Shown: positions 61,797 to 64,000 of the stretch, in pieces
Layout: each line of letters starts with the position of its first letter
Position numbering within the stretch: the stretch's first letter is position 1
NCBI GenBank assembly: GCA_963708295.1
Contig: CAVPSJ010000012.1
Location: 160,001-224,000, forward strand
DNA: 64,000 bases
Direction: 5' to 3'
Source of the DNA: an uncultured delta proteobacterium
GTDB lineage: Bacteria; Desulfobacterota; BSN033; UBA1163
The notes under the pieces: model-generated
Database searches by the model: none
Told to the model about the DNA's origin: nothing
The model's input: the letters and a program-made list of their open reading frames with translations, nothing else
Program-made: the position numbers and the translations under genes

Positions 61797-63848
61797 TTAT
61801 TTGACAGACCATATTTTGACCCATCTTGCCGCAGCAAGGGCCGAGAGATTGGATACCACTCCCAAAAGACGGCGTTGATCAAGCAGAAGATTCTTAAAAT
61901 CGTACTCAATGCCGATCACTCCGATAATCTCCTCAAGCGATTTCATGGGTATGAAAAAGACTCTAATGTCTGGCAGCGTTTGGGTACCCGCACCCGCAGG
62001 TTCGCCGTGGGCGTACGTCCACTCCGCAACCGCCATCTCGTTAGTCGTGAGATCAATTTCAGGGTTGACTTCGAGCCCAAACCTGCAGCCTCCCGTCTTG
62101 GCCGCTGAAAAGGACAAAAGAGCGGTGCATCCACGATCTTCGAGAGATACTTGATCGCAATATGGCTGATGTGATCAAGAACCGTCGTACGAAAAAGTGT
62201 TAAAACATTTTTCCATTCGCTTGAATTCTGAACAAGCCCCCCGACGAATTGTTCAACGGGGGGAAGCATCAAAAATTCTTTGCTCATCTCTTCGATGAGG
62301 GTAATCCGCCTGATACGAAGTTGCAGAAGAAGGTTTTGCCGTTTCGTTATTTTGACAAGTTGTCCGATGATGATCGAGGTGAGGAAAAAGACCATGACAT
62401 TGATGATGTCATGGGGATGATGCATGCTGAAGCTATATCTTGGTTCGGTAAAGAAAAAATCGAAGGTAAGCAGGCTGATGATGGAGGAAAACAAGGAAGG
62501 CCCGGTGCCGAAAAGGAGGGCACTGGCAATCGTTGCGATCAGATAGATATAAACCAGGGATATGGGATTGATAAAATTCTGAAGGAAAAAGTTCAACAAG
62601 GTAACACCGACGACCATAAGAACAGTGAGCAAGTAATCCTTGGGATCGAGCACAAGTTGTCTGGGAGTGGGTCTTGCCTCTATCTCTCTTTTTTCAACGG
62701 TTGGCGTGATGAGATGGAGCTCAAATTCGCTCGGGGTGTGCAGAAGGCGTGACGCGGGCGAGCCTTTCCAGAATCCCAATAGCATGGAATGGAGGGGCTT
62801 ACCGATCACGATATGGTTAATATTATACTCACGGGCAAAACGAAGGATCTCACTCGCTACGTCTGTTCCGGAAAGAGTCACAATTTTTGCCCCCAATTCC
62901 TCGGCAAGATTCAATGCCTCAGCGATATAAGCCTTATCTTTATCCGACATCTCTTTCAGGGCGGGTGTAGAGACATAGGCAGCATACCATTCCGCATGGG
63001 CATCTTTGGCGATGCTGTATCCTTTGCGGAGAAGCTGTTTTGCATACGGACTTGGCGCAATACATACCATCAATCTTTCGCCCGCCGGCCAGGGGCCGGA
63101 AATCGCCTTCGCCCTCATATAGTTCAAAAGTTCAGTGTCCATTTTGCGAGCGGCGTGGGTGAGCGTCAGCTCGCGGAGGGCGACGAGATTGCCTCGCTGG
63201 AAAAAGTTCTGCATCGCCCGTTCCGCCTGCCTGGGAATGTATACTTTTCCTTCTTTCAGCCGCTCAAAGAGTTCTTCCAGGGGGATATCGATGACCTGAA
63301 CTTCGTCTGCCCGATCCAGAAAAGTATCGGGCAATGTCTCTTGCATACGTATCCCCGTGATCTTTTCGACGACGTCGTTGAGGCTTTCAAAGTGCTGGAC
63401 GTTCATCGTTGTATAAACATCAATGCCGCTGTCGAGCAATTCTTCAACATCCCGATATCGTTTGGGATGGCGGCTCCCGGGGCATTGGTGTGTGCAAGTT
63501 CATCGACCAGGACCACGGCAGGCCGCCGCGATAGAATGGCGTCGAGGTCCAATTCTTCAAGGACGATCCCTTGATATTCCACACGCCGTCGTGGAATCAT
63601 TTCCAGATCTTTGAGTAATGCCTCCGTTTCAGAGCGGCCATGCGTCTCTACAATGCCCACCACCACGTCTTCGCCGCGCTTCTTCAAGACATGAGCTTCA
63701 TTGAGCATGGTATAGGTCTTTCCGACGCCGGGCGCATAGCCCAGAAATATCTTTAACCTTCCCCTTTTTTCTTCCTCGCGCTGAACTTCCTTTAAGAGGG
63801 CGTCCGGATCCGGTCGTGAATGGATCTTTAAGCTGTATTAACTTTCAT
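61797..63848 (-). CDS. kdpD: KdpD sensor protein (KdpD, Usp, 4-TM, GAF) lacking the histidine kinase domain; frameshifted
   Basis: RPDPDALL, GRLKIFLGYAPGVGKTY, LVDELAHTNAPG, TTMNVQHFESLND, FDFFFTEPRYSF, GEPAGAGTQTLP; ends after the GAF domain. Confidence 0.88.
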
Positions 63849-64000
63849 CTCTTAGGACTGCCCCCATGGGTTTCGATTGCGCATTTCAAACGATTCCACC
63901 ATAGCTGCCGGGTTACTCTCCAACCACCCCACCGCTCTCCCGCGGGGGTCATAAGCACGAACTTCACTCTCTCTGCCTTTCAGAGAGGAGTTTTCTTAAT

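Overview
Bacterial chromosomal segment of roughly 50% GC by eye, with gene content typical of an anaerobic Deltaproteobacteria/Desulfobacterota-like organism. Many single-base frameshifts sit in homopolymers of essential genes (ileS, lspA, V-ATPase, ktrA, kdpD), which points to uncorrected long-read errors. 1-28 kb is accessory: TRAP/TctC uptake and catabolic genes, OMPLA, a truncated MtrC/OmcA-like gene, toxin-antitoxin pairs and remnants, CapK plus opine dehydrogenase, NERD/AAA-DUF4143/YhcG genes, and a 4Fe-4S protein with an in-frame TGA at a Cys position followed by a SECIS-like hairpin. This part is punctuated by repeated ends of an IS200/RAYT-like element. 28-44.5 kb is housekeeping: rsmB-htpX-fmt-def-lgt-lspA-ileS, mazG-like, HD-GYP/HEAT pair, rsmI and an ABC transporter. 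44.9-64 kb is a monovalent-cation locus: a V/A-type ATPase operon with a Na+-type c subunit, ktr/trkAH, a kinase-less KdpD and a separate HK + REC-TPR pair. In its middle are two tandem ~100-nt riboswitch-like RNAs (resembling the Na+/Li+ DUF1646/nhaA-I class), each with its own terminator, upstream of an unannotated cluster of very small membrane proteins. That cluster is the best candidate for an undescribed system. All family assignments come from motif recognition by eye, not database searches.
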